A DNA stretch of 64,000 nucleotides from the human T2T-CHM13v2.0 reference genome, Homo sapiens. Under the pieces are notes generated by a model. It worked only from the letters and a program-made list of their open reading frames with translations. It ran no database searches and was not told the origin of the DNA. The position numbers were made by a program, and so were the translations under genes. The stretch lies in NCBI RefSeq assembly GCF_009914755.1, contig NC_060945.1. One strand, 5' to 3'. Below are positions 31,551 to 45,295 of this stretch, piece by piece. Position 1 is the stretch's first letter, and every line of letters begins with the position of its first letter.

Positions 31551-33949
31551 TGGTGACCTTAGCACAAGCAGTTTCATAGGCTTGATGAAAGTGAAAGCCA
31601 AACTGACCTGAATAAAGAGTGAAAGGAAAATGAGCAAAAGGAGATAGTAAGTGTGGAAAATACTTGAGAAAAATTTGCCAAGAAAGGAGGAGATGACTTG
31701 ATAGCTAGAAAGACACACAGAGTCAAAGTTAAGGTTCCTCCAAAATAGAATATATTTTAAATGAAAAATTTATATTTAAATGCTGACAGAATGCATCAAG
31801 AAGGAGAGAGACTGAAGATGCAGATGACAAATGGAAAAGCAATGAACAGAATCCCTGAAAAGTCAGGAAAAGAAGGGAGATTATTAGAGGGATGTCCTTT
31901 TACAGGAAGAGGAACAATTCCTCCACTGCCCCAGGATTTAAAAAGCTTATAAATTACAGGTAACATTCTACCTAATTATAGAGCTTTATGCTTTTCAATA
32001 AATTTTATTGTACATAATACAGTCACTCTGTGAATTCAGTGAGACAGATAGTTATCCACATTTTACATAAAAAGAAAGAAAAGGCAGAAAAGAAGTGATT
32101 TGCTTGAAGTAACACAGAAATAGCTGGTAGAACCATGTACTGTGTAGATGGCAGGGCTCCTGACTTCTCATTTCACACCAGAAATGTAGACAGAATTAGA
32201 TATAATGACAGTTATTATATTTTTAAACCTTTCAAATAAGAATATCCTTAGAATTTCATTCATTAACCAAGCTCAAAGCATGTGATTAGCATCTGAAAAT
32301 GTTTTATTATACAATCACTAGACAGCAAAAGAGGTTTCCGTTTTCCTGTGTATTTGAAAGAGTTCAACAGCCCTAAGTCACACAGTTGGAGGAAACTCAA
32401 ACAAGGGAAATTTCATTTGAAGTGATGAAATTAGCATGATGAAGTTTACAATACAAAGATTTTTGTTTCAAGACTCTGAGGTTTGGTAGGGAGGAAGGGG
32501 AAAGGCAGACGACACCAAATAAGACTGGTTGGAGAGGGGATGAGAAGCATCAATTAGAAAGCTCTTCAAATTCAAACGGACCATTCAAACCATCCTAGGA
32601 CTAGACTCCAATTGGGAAAAACTCTGAAGGAAATGATCTCCTACTCCCACGAGATGGCTAACGTGATTTAGGTAAAAAGCTTTTAGTTTTATGGCTGGGG
32701 AGGTAGCAATAAAGAAAATGAACCTCCTGCCAGTGATTCTTTTTCAAGCTCTGCCAATCCCTGTGTCTGGGGAAGCTATAAAGAATGTCCAGCCTCATGT
32801 CAAAAGAATTGCCACAGATCTCCAGCTCACCTGCATTCAAGCATTGAAACATCCCTAAGCCTGTTCCCAGGCCAGCCTGGAACTGAGAATCCAGGAGAGC
32901 CTTTTCTGTTCTGCTGTTGCAGCTACACTATCTACTTGTTAGCATAACCAGGGCCACCAGAAACACATGCTAGAGAAATACAGAGAGCAAAAATCAACAG
33001 CTGATGAAAAGCAGAATCTTTTCTTTTTGACAGCAATACCAATAGCATGAAGCACGTCCCTTTTGGAGCTTTCCAAACCAATTCAAAAGCGAGTTTTCTG
33101 GTGTGGATCAAGAAAGCTAGCCAAATTGCCCCTGAGAGCATAGCCACTGGCCAAGATATTGATGACTGTAGGCAGCTCAGGACGCATCCTCGGCCCCGGT
33201 GCTGTCTTTCTCAGAGCTCTGTTTAATTCCATCAGGCACAGGCAGCATTTGGAGAAAGCTGTGTTGATTTTTGTGATCTTCAGCCAGCACAGAAGTGGCC
33301 AGTTCCCTAGCTTCCCAGCACCGTCCTTCTCTTGCCCTGCCCCTTCATGGTCTCCCTGGGCTCACTGGACCCAGACTTGCCTTTCACCCCTGTCAAAACC
33401 TCACAGTCCTGTGTGTCTGTTTCCCTTTGAACTACACAAACTAACTAATTTGGTGAACCTATTAAGTGAACTTCTTTATACTCATGGTCTAGAGTGCATT
33501 GAACGCTAAAGGGTTTGCTAGAGGTTGTCAAAATCAATTCTGTCTTCTTCCAACTGGACCAAGGCTTCTTTGAGTTAATAAAACTCTGAGAAATCTGAGT
33601 GGATTTTTCATAGTATCTTTTTCTATTCATTTGGGGTTTTTTTTGTTTGTTTTTTACTTTTCATGGAGATTTTCCTTAATTTAACCCAAAAGATATACCC
33701 ATATGACATTTCAACTAATATGAAAGAGATAGTAGGACAAAGAATTTGAAGACAGTCTTTCAGAGCCCCACAAAGTACTTGAAATTTATCAATAAACCCC
33801 TCCCGGTGCTTCCCACCATGTTCCACATTCCATCTCCATTTTAAGCCATGAAGCTTCAAGTGGCATCTCCTCCTGTGAAACCTACAGTTTGGAGATAAAT
33901 TATTGATGACTAATGACTTAGAAGAACCAAAGAAAGGATCCTCTAGTGG

Positions 33950-34190
33950 AGACACAGCATGGAAATGGTGGTCCAGGGTGAGACGGAACTGCTTCCAATC
34001 CCAGTGCCACCTACGTGGTTCCAGCTGTGTGCTTCCCTTCCTCTAATCTTGTTTACTCGTCTCTAATACGGGACTAATAACATATACATCAGACTATTGT
34101 GAGGGTTGAATGTAACGATATTCCAAATTGTTGCATGTGTCCAGTACTTAACATAGTGCCAAGAACAAAACATGTATCAATAAGTATGAA
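33950..34190 (+). mobile_element. MIR fragment
   Basis: AATCCCAGTGCCACC...ATTGTGAGGGTTGAATG...ACTTAACATAGTGCC. Confidence 0.55.
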
Positions 34191-35419
34191 TAGCCTTCCC
34201 AGCGCACACCTCCAAACAATGGATTTCTGGCCGATGACAAGTAGTGGTTCCCAGCGGTCCTACAGGTTATGGTTTAACTTACCACTAGCCAATGAGTAAG
34301 TTTGCCTCAGACCACATCACAATTCTTTTGCAAGCCTGGAGCTTGGTGAAAAACAAGGGGGAAAATAATCAATGTCCCTAAGGCAGATGCTGAAAGATTA
34401 ACCTCATAACATAATTCTCTCACCAGACTTGTTTCCTGAATGTCTATTTAAATTTTAACTCTGCAAATAAAACAAAGTTGGTAATGAAGGTGATTAAGAT
34501 GGTATTTGTCCAGGGAACGAATCTCCTCACAACATACCTAAGAAAGAGATATATGTACAGAAAACGAAGCACAGTAAAATATCACTTCATTACTATCAGA
34601 GATTTTCCCCAAACACAGAGAAAGCTCTACAGAGCTGAGCTTAAGCCAGAACTCTGTTATTTGCTTGGCCTAATGCCAAAACAGGCCAGAGACCCCTTTC
34701 ACCTACTTCTCTTTAATCCCAAACCTATGTCTTGCTTTGATCTAAGAAAGAGCCAAATGCCCAGGAGGCACCACGATAGAGAAAAGCAGCCAGCCGGAGA
34801 GTGGCCTCCATGCCAGGGGACTGTGTCTGAGCTTTGTTTTATTTTTCTTATTTGTCTGTAGTTGTGTGATTGGTAGAAGAGAGTAGATATGAAGTCTACT
34901 GACACAGGATTGGTCTTCAGGCATGTCTTACCAAGCATTTGGGGGAACAGAGGGGTTCCACAAATAAGAGAGCAATGATCAGACTTTCTTCTAAAAGGAG
35001 CAGCCACAAGCTACCTTAACTCTCCAACTTGCCCATTAATCTTCACCTAGAGTTAGGAAGATTTCACCATTAGCTGTGGCCCATAAAAGATCCTTAAGCT
35101 TGACCAACCACAGAGGTCCATCTCCTTGAGGAGGAAGTGAAAGGGGTATGGACAGAAGCTGTGAGCTTTCTGTCCTCCGCAGGCCGCCAGCTGTGTCTTC
35201 TACTTATTGTACAAGATAGTCTCTAAATGATGTTTTCTGGCTGACAATGCCACAGAACTGATCCTTATCTCACTATGGATATGAAAGATTTAAAAGAATT
35301 TGTTGCCTGAAATATGGTGCCCTAATCACATATTAATAAAGCTGCTATCCAGAAAGAAGGCAGATTTCAAAAGAAATGTTGTTAGCATTCTCAGGGACCT
35401 AAAAAGTACATATTGTAGA

Positions 35420-35640
35420 ACAACGGTAAACAGATCTTGGAATCCGGTAGACTTTAATTCAAACCCCAGCTATGCCACTTATTAACTTATGTGACATTGA
35501 GAAAGCCTCTCAAATTTAGATTTGCAAAATCAGAATAATGTAAGTAGCCAACAAATAGGGTTTAACGGAGGTAATAATGAAGGTTATTAAGATGATAAAA
35601 TTAAACAGTGAATATAAAGTCCTTAGCATTTAATAAATTT
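35420..35640 (+). mobile_element. MIR fragment
   Basis: TTCAAACCCCAGCTATGCCACTTATTAACTTATGTGACATTG. Confidence 0.6.
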
Positions 35641-35939
35641 ATTATATGATTTCAAAGCACATGCTTTTACCTACAGTGCTATAAAACTGCTTGCAATAGT
35701 CAAAGTTAATAGAAGCTCTCGTCAGAGCTAATAGAAGCCTTGTATATGTAATTATTTAAGAATTCTGTAAATATACACAATAGGGTAGGAACGAGAAAAT
35801 CTTTAGAGGAAATATTCAAGTATGTTTGATTTCTAGCAAATCCAGATAGACAGTTTTGGCAACAACCAAGTCATAATTTTAAGTCTTGTTATAGGAGCTA
35901 GAATTTTATTCAAGGGACAACTGATTTGATTAGATTAGA

Positions 35940-36289
35940 TGCTGTGCACTGCATGTTTCCTTCAACAAATGCACAAGTTGAAACTCTAACAATAGAATGG
36001 CATTAGAAGGAGGACCTTTGGGAAGTAATTTGGTTTTGATGAGGATGGAGTTCTCACAATGGGGTTAGCATCCTAATAAGAAGAGTAGGAGACTAGAGCC
36101 CTCTTCTCTCAGCCATGTGAAGATACAACAAGAACACCTGCAAACCAGTAAGAGGGCCTTCACCAGACACTGGCTCTGCTGGCCCAGATTTTAATCTTTG
36201 AATTCCCACAACTGTGAGAAACAAGTATATGCTGTTTAAGCCACTCAGTCTACAGTTGTTTGTAGCAGCAGCCTGAGCAGACAAAGACA
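35940..36289 (+). mobile_element. MSTD/MLT1A0-type solo LTR
   Basis: CCTTTGGGAAGTAATT...GCCATGTGAAGATACA...CCTTCACCAGACAC...AACTGTGAGAAA...GCAGCCTGAGCAGAC. Confidence 0.7.
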
Positions 36290-37659
36290 TAGGGTTCCTT
36301 TTATTTTCAGAATTCGGTTTAGCTGTAATCACCTACCATCCTGAGATGCAGTTTCCTCCCTTGAAATATAAGCTCTGGGACTATAGCCTCATGGACAAAT
36401 TCTGAAGAATTTGTCTCTGCTCTTGTGGGATGCTAACCTAACCAATCAAGGAATGTTTGCTCAATGGAATGAAACATCTTAATGCAGCTCGCCAGCCCAT
36501 ATCTGCAAAGCACACCTCATGGGTTCTGGCTGGCTTGGATTTCTGAGACTACTTCATCCTACTCATCAAACTGTGGACTCAGATTCAGCCAGGAGGCCCA
36601 GATTCTAGCGTCAGTTTTGCCCTTGGGATACAAATGCACATCCTGCTTCACTGAACATGAAACCCTGAATATTTGGCCATTACTCTGGCAATTGTCCTCT
36701 CTCCCTGTGCCAATTGCCAATCAACCCAACTCCCAGGCAGCTTTGGCAGTTATGTCTGCTTGGCCTGCTGTAGCAGCCAATGACTTAGTAAAAGTCAGAA
36801 CATAGATCTGCTAGCTCCCAGTCCAGGATTTCCCCATAACTCGTCCATGTTTATATTAAACAACTAGGTTTGCTTTCAAAATTCTTTTTCATTTAGCCTC
36901 TTCTTAGAACTTCTCATTTTGAGAATCCTGACCTGTCAATATTCCATAACCTTTCTGAAAGTGACACAGCAAATACGATGTATGCACACTGCTAACTGCA
37001 GCTGATTTCATTTTCCAACATCTATAAAGCACATTAGGTAATTTCTAAACCAGCAGCAAAATCTATTTATAAAGAATGCTGATTTGTTTTCTGCATTTTC
37101 CAACACAGAGCTTCAATTTATTTCCTTACCATAAAAAAACATTACTTTTTAAAACAATCATAGTTAGTATATTTTATAAATGCTTTAATTTTTGTAAAGT
37201 CCAACTTGCAAATTGGAGTGTAAATAGCTTTCTTAAAATGGAAGGAACCGTGTTAGACCCAGTATGCAGGATTGATTATTTCACTGTGCTTCAAAGCAGA
37301 CGATTTCACAGACATTGGGTATATAATGTAATGAGTTTTTATAAAGCAATTGATATTATTAAAAATATAATTATAATAAATAAAATTATAGGGAAAAGGA
37401 AATCTTCATTCTGACAATGCTAAATTTTTTAACTAACTCACTGGTAAAAGATTATGTTTCTACATGAAAAATTTTACACATTCTTTCTATGAAATAAACC
37501 TGATAACACCTTGAAAACTTCATAGTTATGGAAAAGGAACTACTGTGATTTTTTTTTAGAGAATGTCATGTTCTTGATGTTCTTGAGTGAGCTGTCTCAT
37601 GTTATTAGAAAGGAAACAGCAGCACCTTGTGGACAAACAAAGAAAGTGAATGAATTTTT

Positions 37660-37948
37660 AGGACCCGGTGCGGTGGTTCAGGCCTGTAATCCCAGCACTT
37701 TGGGAGACTTGGGTGGAGGGTAACTTGAGCCCAAGAGTTCAAGACCAGCCTAGGCAACACAGTGACACGCCGATCTTTACCAAAAATTGAAAAATTTGCT
37801 GGGCTTGGTGGCTCATACCTCAGGTCCCAGCTTCTTGTAAGGCTGAGGTGGGAGGATCGCTTAAGCCCAGGAGGTCAAGGCTGCAGTGACTGTGATCATA
37901 CCACTGCATTCCAGCCTGGGTGACACAGCAAGACCCTATTTCAAAAAA
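37660..37948 (+). mobile_element. AluJ
   Basis: Dimeric Alu with TTGAGCCCAAGAGTTC and GGAGGTCAAGGCTGCAGTGA. Confidence 0.88.
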
Positions 37949-38010
37949 GGTATATTTATGTGGCACTTTCTACAAGGAATATAGTATCATGTTTGTATTT
38001 AAATGACATC

Positions 38011-38317
38011 AGGACCAGCATGGTGGCTTACACATGTAATCTCAGCTCCTCAGATGGTGGAAGGCAGGAGGATTGCTTGAGGCCAGGAGTTGGAAGACCA
38101 GCCTGGGCAGCATAATGAAACCCCCATTTCTACAAAAATAATAATAGTAATCAAAAGCTAGGCGTGCTGGCACACACCTGCAGACCTAGCTGCTGTGGAG
38201 GCTGAGTGGAAGGATAACATTGAGCTCAGGAGTTTGATTGTATTGTGTATTGTGAGGTACGATCTAGCCACTCCACTCCAGACAACACGGCAAGACCCAG
38301 TCTCTAAACAAAATAAA
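38011..38317 (+). mobile_element. Diverged AluJ
   Basis: GGATTGCTTGAGGCCAGGAGTT...CAAGACCCAGTCTCTAAA. Confidence 0.8.
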
Positions 38318-38724
38318 GGGACATCAGAGTATTGTTTATAGAGATTTGTAAATGATCCCAAAATGTCTTCAGAGAGATAAATCATCTAAGTATAGCTATA
38401 TCGACTCTTCCTAAATTCTAAATTTGTGTGGGAACAATAAATGAGATAGAAGACTTCTTGAAATGTATCAAGACTCAGAAAGACAAAACAAAAACTTTCA
38501 TTAGGCAGTATCAAGAATGTTCATTAATGCTATTTCTAATTTATGATACGATCATCTAAAGAGGAAATCCCAGCAACAAGGGGCCAAAGGAAAGGGAAAA
38601 GAAATGAAAACAAGGACCATACTTTCTCCACATCCAACCTCTTCTCTACCACCTCTCAGCAAGACCTCCCACACCCAATCACTGCTTTTTCTTGCGGACT
38701 TACCCTCTACTCTGTGAACACATG

Positions 38725-39190
38725 AGCCAGAGAACCCTGAGAAGTCCCTGAGTCCCTTCCAGGGGCTCTGCAAGGTCAAAAGTCTTTTCATAAAAATACA
38801 CAGGTTTTGTTTACCTTTTCCACTTTCCTTGTCTCTCAAGTATAATTGGAGTTTCCCAGAAGCTACCTGACATGTGATGTCAAAAGAAATTAAATGTAGA
38901 AGTAGAAAGGAGAACAAGTTTTCTTCTATTAAACCAGACATTAAAGACATACCTAAAAATATAAAACAATGTCACTGTTCTCACAAACTTTATTGCTTAA
39001 AAATGATAATTTTAAATAAAAATGTGATTTATGTAAACATATAAGTATATATTTTTTAATTTCTCAGTTTTAATGTTTACTATGATAAATATAGATAGAC
39101 ATAATCCAAATAAATAAAAGCTCTTTGGGGTCCTCAATAACTTTTAAAAATGTAAAGTGTTCCTGACACCAAAAATTTGAGGACTGATGA
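38725..39190. mobile_element. Charlie1-like hAT DNA transposon remnant
   Basis: CCCTGAGTCCCTTCCAGGGGCTCTGCAAGGTCAAAAGT...AAGCTCTTTGGGGTCCTCAATAA...CCAAAAATTTGAG. Confidence 0.6.
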
Positions 39191-40047
39191 GCTAAATCTC
39201 ATACCCTTTGTTGTAGCTTCCACCCAGGTCATTTCTTAAATACTTGATCAATAATTTCCCCATGTCCCTCACCCTATCCTTGTTGCAAAATTCCATTTTC
39301 CTACTCCAGCCCTCCCTGTCATGGGAAAGTTCCCAGGTTGTAGACATGATTTACTAAATCTTTCTTAACAGCTTTATCATGATAACATGACATATACAAA
39401 TTGTGTAAATTTAAGGTAACTTAATGTTTTGATATTTCTATACTTTTTGAAACGATCACCACAATCAAGCAAATTAGCATATTATCTCTACATATTTACC
39501 ATTGTGTGTGTGTTGACAGTAATTAATTTATGATCTAGTCCTTTAGCAGAACACAAGAATATGATACAGTGTTGTTCCACGTTGTACATTATATCTCCAG
39601 AAATTATTATAACTTGAACATTGCACAATTTAATTAACATCACCCCATTTCCCCTCCCTGAGCCCCTGGCAACCACTGTCTTATTCTCTGTTTTTATAAA
39701 TTTGACTGTCGTAGATTCCACATGTAAGTGAGATCATGAAGTATTTGTCTCTGTGTCTTGCATTTTTGCTTGGCGCAATATCTTCCAGCTCCATCCATGT
39801 TTTCACAAATAGAAGGATTTCCTTCTTTTTTAAGGGTGTATAATATTTCATTTTATGTATACACGTCACATTTTCTTTACCCATTCATCTGTTCCTCTGA
39901 CAAAGGACCTTTAGGTTATTTTCCTATTTTGGTCATTGTGTGTCATGCCGCAATGAACAGAGGATGACAGACACCTCTCTAAGACTCTTATGTCAATTTC
40001 ACTGGACATATATCCAGAAGTGAAATTGTTGCATTATGTGGTAGTTC

Positions 40048-40326
40048 TTTTTTTCATTTTTGAAACCAGGTCTCACTCTGCTATCCTGGGTAAAGTCCAG
40101 TGGCAAGATCATAGCTCACTGCAGCCTTGATCTCCTGGGCTCAAGCGATCCTCCTACCTCAGCCTCCTGAGTAGCTGGGACTACAGGTGTACAACACCAT
40201 GTCTGGCTAATTTTATTTCTGAGATGGCGTCTTGCTATGTTACCCAGGCTGGTCTGGAGCTCCTGGCCTCCTGCCTTGGCTTCCCCAAATCCTGGGATTA
40301 CAGGTGTGAGCCATCACACCAGGCCA
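40048..40326 (-). mobile_element. AluJ with an internal deletion
   Basis: GATCATAGCTCACTGCAGCCTTGATCTCCTGGGCTCAAGCGATCC. Confidence 0.85.
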
Positions 40327-41618
40327 GTGCTATTTTCAATTTTTTTTGGAGGAACCTCAATACTGTTTTCTGTGTTTTACTAATTTGCATTCCCATCAAT
40401 AGTGTATAATGGTTTCCTTTTCTTCACATTCTTACCAACACTTATCTTTTCTCTTTTTGATAATAGCCATTTTAACAGGTGTGACTTGATATCTCATTGT
40501 GGTTTTGATTTGCATTACTCTGAAGTTTAGAGATGTTGAGCACATTTTCTTATACCTATTAGCCATTTGAATTTCTTCTTTGGAGATGTATTTATTTAGG
40601 TTCTTTGCCTTAAAATAAAATTAGGTTATTCATAATTTTGGAATTGATGTGTATGTATCCTTCTTATTTTTTGAACTCCTTATAAGAGATATGGTTTACA
40701 AACATTTTCCCCATTTCATAGGTTGCCTTATCATTTCATTAGTTGTTTTCTTTGCTGTGCAAAAGCATTTTAATTCGATGTATTTCATTTTTCTATTTTG
40801 CCTTTGTTGTCTGTGCTTTTGGCATCATATCTAAACAAATTATTGCCAAGACCAATGTCAAGAATGTTTTCTCCTGTCTTCTTCCAGGAGTTTTGTTTCA
40901 GTGATTACATTTAAACGTTTAATCCATTTTGAGTTAATTTTTACATAAGGCGTGAGCTAGGGATCCGATTTCATTCTTTTACATGTAGACATCCAGCTTT
41001 CCTAACACCATTTGGTCAAGAGCATATCCTCTGCATATAGTGTCTCCTTGTCACCTTCCAGGGTGATCAATTGCTGCAAATGTGTGGGTTATGCCTAGGT
41101 TCTCTATTTTGTTTCACTGGTTTATGTGTCTGTTTTTATGACAATACCACAGTGTTTTTCTTTCTACAGCTTTGTAATTTAATCTGAAGTCAGGAAGTGT
41201 GATACCTGTAGCTTTGTTCTTGCTCAAAGTAGCTTCAGCCACTCAGGGATTTTTGTGATTCTATAAGAATTTTGGGATTTTTTTTCTATTTCTGTGAGAG
41301 ATACCATTGGGATTTTGATATGGATTACATTAAATGTGTAGATTGCTTTGAGTAATATGGACACTTTAATAATACTTTACTAACTCTTTCAATCCATGGG
41401 TTGTCTTTCAATTTACTTTGGTTTAAATTTCTGTCATCAATATTTTATAATTTGTAGTGTTTAAGTCTTTCACTTCTTTGGTTAGTTAGTTCCAAAGTAG
41501 TTTATTTGATACTGTTTTTTAAATTTCCCTTTCAGACAATTCATTGTTAGTGTTTAGAAATAGCAGTGATTTTTGTATGTCAATTGTGTATCCTACAACT
41601 TTAGTAAATTTATTATAT

Positions 41619-41841
41619 AGTCAGTCCTTCATATCAATGGGTTCTGCAACCATGAACTCAATCAACCAAGAACTTAACTTGTACATAATTTCCATCTGTG
41701 GTGGTTTGAATCCACAGATGTTGACCCATGGATACATAGGGCCAGCTGTACACGATTTTATGTGAGGGAATTGATCATCACAGATTTTGTTATCTGAGGG
41801 GTTCCTGAAACAAATCCCCAGCAGATATGAAAGGCTGACTA
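41619..41841. mobile_element. MER2/Tigger-family MITE
   Basis: Inverted ends AGTCAGTCCTTCATATC / GATATGAAAGGCTGACT flanked by TA. Confidence 0.7.
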
Positions 41842-44800
41842 TTATTTCTAACCATTTTCTGTGGAGTCTTTAGAGTTTTCAATGTATAATAATCATGTCT
41901 TCTGTTAACAGAGGTATCTACATCTTTCCTTTCAATTTTGATGCCTTTTATTTCTCTTGCCTGATTGCTCTGGCTAGGACTTCCAGTACTATGGTGAATA
42001 GGAGTGATGAGAATAGACATCCTTGTCTTGTTCCAGATATTAAACAAAAAGCTTTCAGTTTTTCCCCATTGATTATAATATTAGATATAGGTTTTTCATA
42101 TACAGCCTTTATAGTGTTGAAGTAAGTTTCTTGTATACTTATTTTGCTGAGAGTTTTATCATGAAAGTATATTGAATTTTGTCAAATGTGTTTTCTGCAT
42201 CTATTGGAATGTTATTTTTGTCTTTCATTCTGTTAATGTGGTATATCACATTATTAATTTTTACACATTGAAACATCCTTGTAACCCATAGATAAATTAC
42301 AATTGGTCATGGTGTATGACCTTTTCAATGTGCTTTTGAATTCAGTTTGCTAGTTTGTATTTTATTGAGAATTTTTGCATCTATATTCATTAAGGATACT
42401 GGTCTGTAATTATTTTTTCTTGTGTTGTCTTCGTCTAGCTTTTAAGTCATGGTAACATTGGCCTCATGAAATGAGTTTGAGAGTATTCTCTCTTCTATTT
42501 TTTCTGAAAAGTTTTAGAAATTTTGGTATTAGTTCTTCTTTGAATATTTGGTAGAAGTTGCCCATGAAAACATCTGCACCTGGGCTTTTCTTTGTTGGGA
42601 ATTTTTGATTACTGGTTAAATCTCTTTGCTTGCTTTTGGTCTGCTCTATTTATTTTTTGTTCCACCTTGGTAGATTACATATTTCTAAGAATTTATCCAT
42701 TTCTTCTAGGTTATCCAATTTATTGGCATATAATTGCTTAATTGTCCTTTATAATCATTTGTATTCCTGTACATTTGATATAATGTCTCCATTTTCATTC
42801 CTGATTATATTTACTTGAGTTTCTCTTTTTTTCTTAGTGTAGCTAAGGGTTTGTTATTTTTGTTTGTATTACCAAAAATTCAACTCTAGCTTTGTTGATT
42901 TTTCTATTGTTTTTTATTTTATAGTTATTTTATTTATATTCTAATCTTTATTATTTAATTCATTATGCCAACTTTGGGTTTAGTTAGTTTTTCTTTTTCT
43001 AATTGTTTATTTGTAAAGTTAGGTTGTTCGAGTGAGATCTTTCTTATTTTTTAATGTAGTTATTTATCACTGTAACATTTCTCCCTTAGCACTTCTTTTG
43101 CTGCATCCTGTAGTTTTGTTGAGTTGTATGTTCATTTTTGTTTGTCTCAAGATATTTTTAAAATTCCCTTTTGATTTCTTCTTTTACCCAATGGTGGTTC
43201 AAGAGTGTGTTGTTTAGTTTCTGCATTTTTGTAAATGTTTCTGTTTTCTTTGTTATTGACTTCTAATTTTATTCCATTGTGGTCTGAGAAGATACTTGGC
43301 ATTATATTAAACTTCTTAAATTTGTAGGATGCCTTGTGACCTAAGATTGATCTATCTCAGAGAATATTCTGAGTGCACTTGAGAAAAATGTATATTCTGC
43401 TGCTGTTGGATGGAAAGTTCTGTATATGTCAGTGTTGAATCTACAGTGTTGTTCAAGTCAGCTGTTTCCTCTTTTTTTATTCCTGCCTAGATGTTCTATC
43501 TATTATTGAATTTGGGGTACTGAAGTTGGCTACTATTATTTTAGTGTTACTGATTTCTCCCCTTAGCTTTGCTGATATTAACTTTATATATTTAGGTGTT
43601 CTAATGTTGACTGGATATATATTTACAATCTTCCCTTTGAACTGAACTTTTATCATTATATAGTGACCTTCTTAGTCTCTAATGACAGTTTTTTATTTCA
43701 AGTCTATTTTTTCTGATCTAAGTATAGATACCCTTGCTCTTTTTTGGTTACCATTTGCGTAGAGTATTTTTTCCCATCCCTTCACTTTCAGCCTCTATGT
43801 ATCTTTATATCTAAAGTGACTCCCTTATAAATATGTACTGATGAGTATCTTTTATGCATTGTGCCACTCTATGTCTTTTAATTAGATAGTTTAATCCTTT
43901 CACATTTAAAGTCATTGTTGATAGGTAAGGAGTAACTTGCATTTTGTTAATTGTTTTTCATATGTTTTGCAGTTCTTTTTTTTTTTTTCCTCTCTTGCTG
44001 TCTTCTTAGTTTTGGTTATTTCTTGTAGTGGTTTGGTTTCATTTATTTTTCTTCACATTTTGTGCATCTCCTATAAGTTTTGAATTTGTGGTTGCAAATG
44101 TACATCTTCTATAGAAAGCTGTATTAATGTTATCAGCTTTTTTGGAATCATTCTCTTTCTCTTCCCTCTTCAGACATATACGCAAATACTCTGTTTTTCA
44201 AGACACGAGTAAATAGGGCTCTGGTTAGAAATTTATCAATATGAAAAAAGAGATCCTCTGAGTATTTTGATAAGTTAGAAAATAATGATAGACTGCAGTA
44301 GAATTTCATGTATTTCAACTTCTGTCATCTATGTTACTCTACAATATATTTTCTGTGTGTATTAGTCAATGTTATATATTTACAAGGTAAATCCATAAAG
44401 CATACATTCTAGAATGCCCTAACTTATGTTCTTAAGAGATATGCTCCTTATAGCCTTCTTGGCACTCCTGAAGTGTCAAATATTTCCATTGAAGAAGGTT
44501 GCATATGGCTTCTGAGATGAAGTCTAGACAGGTTAGGATTATTTTTTGCTCCTTTTGCCCACACAGCACCCACTGTCCCCTCCCTTTGTTATTAGCCATT
44601 ATCTGGTACCCTAGATGAAGCCATCTTCTGTCCTTCAGTTTTGACGTGGGGGCTGATTTCACCCCCAGTTTCAGGAATAAGCGCAGGACAGCTACTAACA
44701 AGTATGTTGTTCACTCAAGGAAGAAACCCAGCTAAGGGAGAAAGGGGGGCTGAAATCCAGCCTACATGCTCTTCTCCAAGCCACATGCCCCGATACAGGG

Positions 44801-44899
44801 CTGCATCTAACTGGAGAAAGGGGAGCCATTTTCTAATACTTGCAAAGGCACTGTGTGGACAGTGGAAACCCTGTATGAGCTCGTGACACAGGCCTGGCC

Positions 44900-45295
44900 A
44901 ATGAATATACTTCTAATCCTGGCACAGATGAAACTAGAGATGGACATGAAATCCAAGCCTCACACCCAAAGTCAATCTCTAGTCTCTTATTGAAACTATT
45001 AGAAGTGTTTCTGTTTTTGCTTTATTCTGGGGCTGTGGAACTAAGGAAATGTACACTGCAGGAGTGATGATGGCCACATTGCAGCACAAAGGGAAAACTT
45101 GTCTGAGAATAAAATCAATGAGGAAGAGAAAAGCAAGGAAGAGGAGAAGAGCCAAGCCCTGAGTCCCTACGTTCAGCCATTCTGAAGCTATACCCTGGAT
45201 TTTTCCATTATACGAGTCCACAAATTAATATTTTTTTTGGCTTAGACCAGTTTGAGTTTGAATTCTATTATTTATAACCAAAGGAGTCCTACCAT
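44900..45295 (+). mobile_element. Old MLT1 (J/K-like) LTR
   Basis: TCAGCCATTCTGAAGCTA...GCTTAGACCAGTTTGAGTTTG...TATAACCAAAGGAGTCCT. Confidence 0.55.

Larger units (their letters stand above)
29560..31930 (-). mobile_element. Fragmented L2 hosting MER30, an L1 3' end with a purine tract, and an MLT1 LTR
   Basis: L2-like blocks, e.g. GGAGAGACATGATCTAATT, AAAATCCCAGTGGAGAT and GGTATCTAAAGCCATAGGA. Confidence 0.55.
39360..44100 (-). mobile_element. 5'-truncated L1MA (L1MA8/9-like), ~4.2 kb, with Alu and MER2 insertions
   Basis: T-rich reverse L1 ORF2/3'UTR, e.g. GATTCCACATGTAAGTGAGATCAT, GCTCTGGCTAGGACTTCCAGTACTATG, CCATTTCTTCTAGGTTATCC. Confidence 0.88.

Noticed and set aside
32200-37450. Possible exons in repeat-poor sequence (110-127-aa ORFs, splice-like sites near 33890)
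   Set aside because: No recognisable protein and no consistent acceptor-donor pairs; cannot be supported without a database search.
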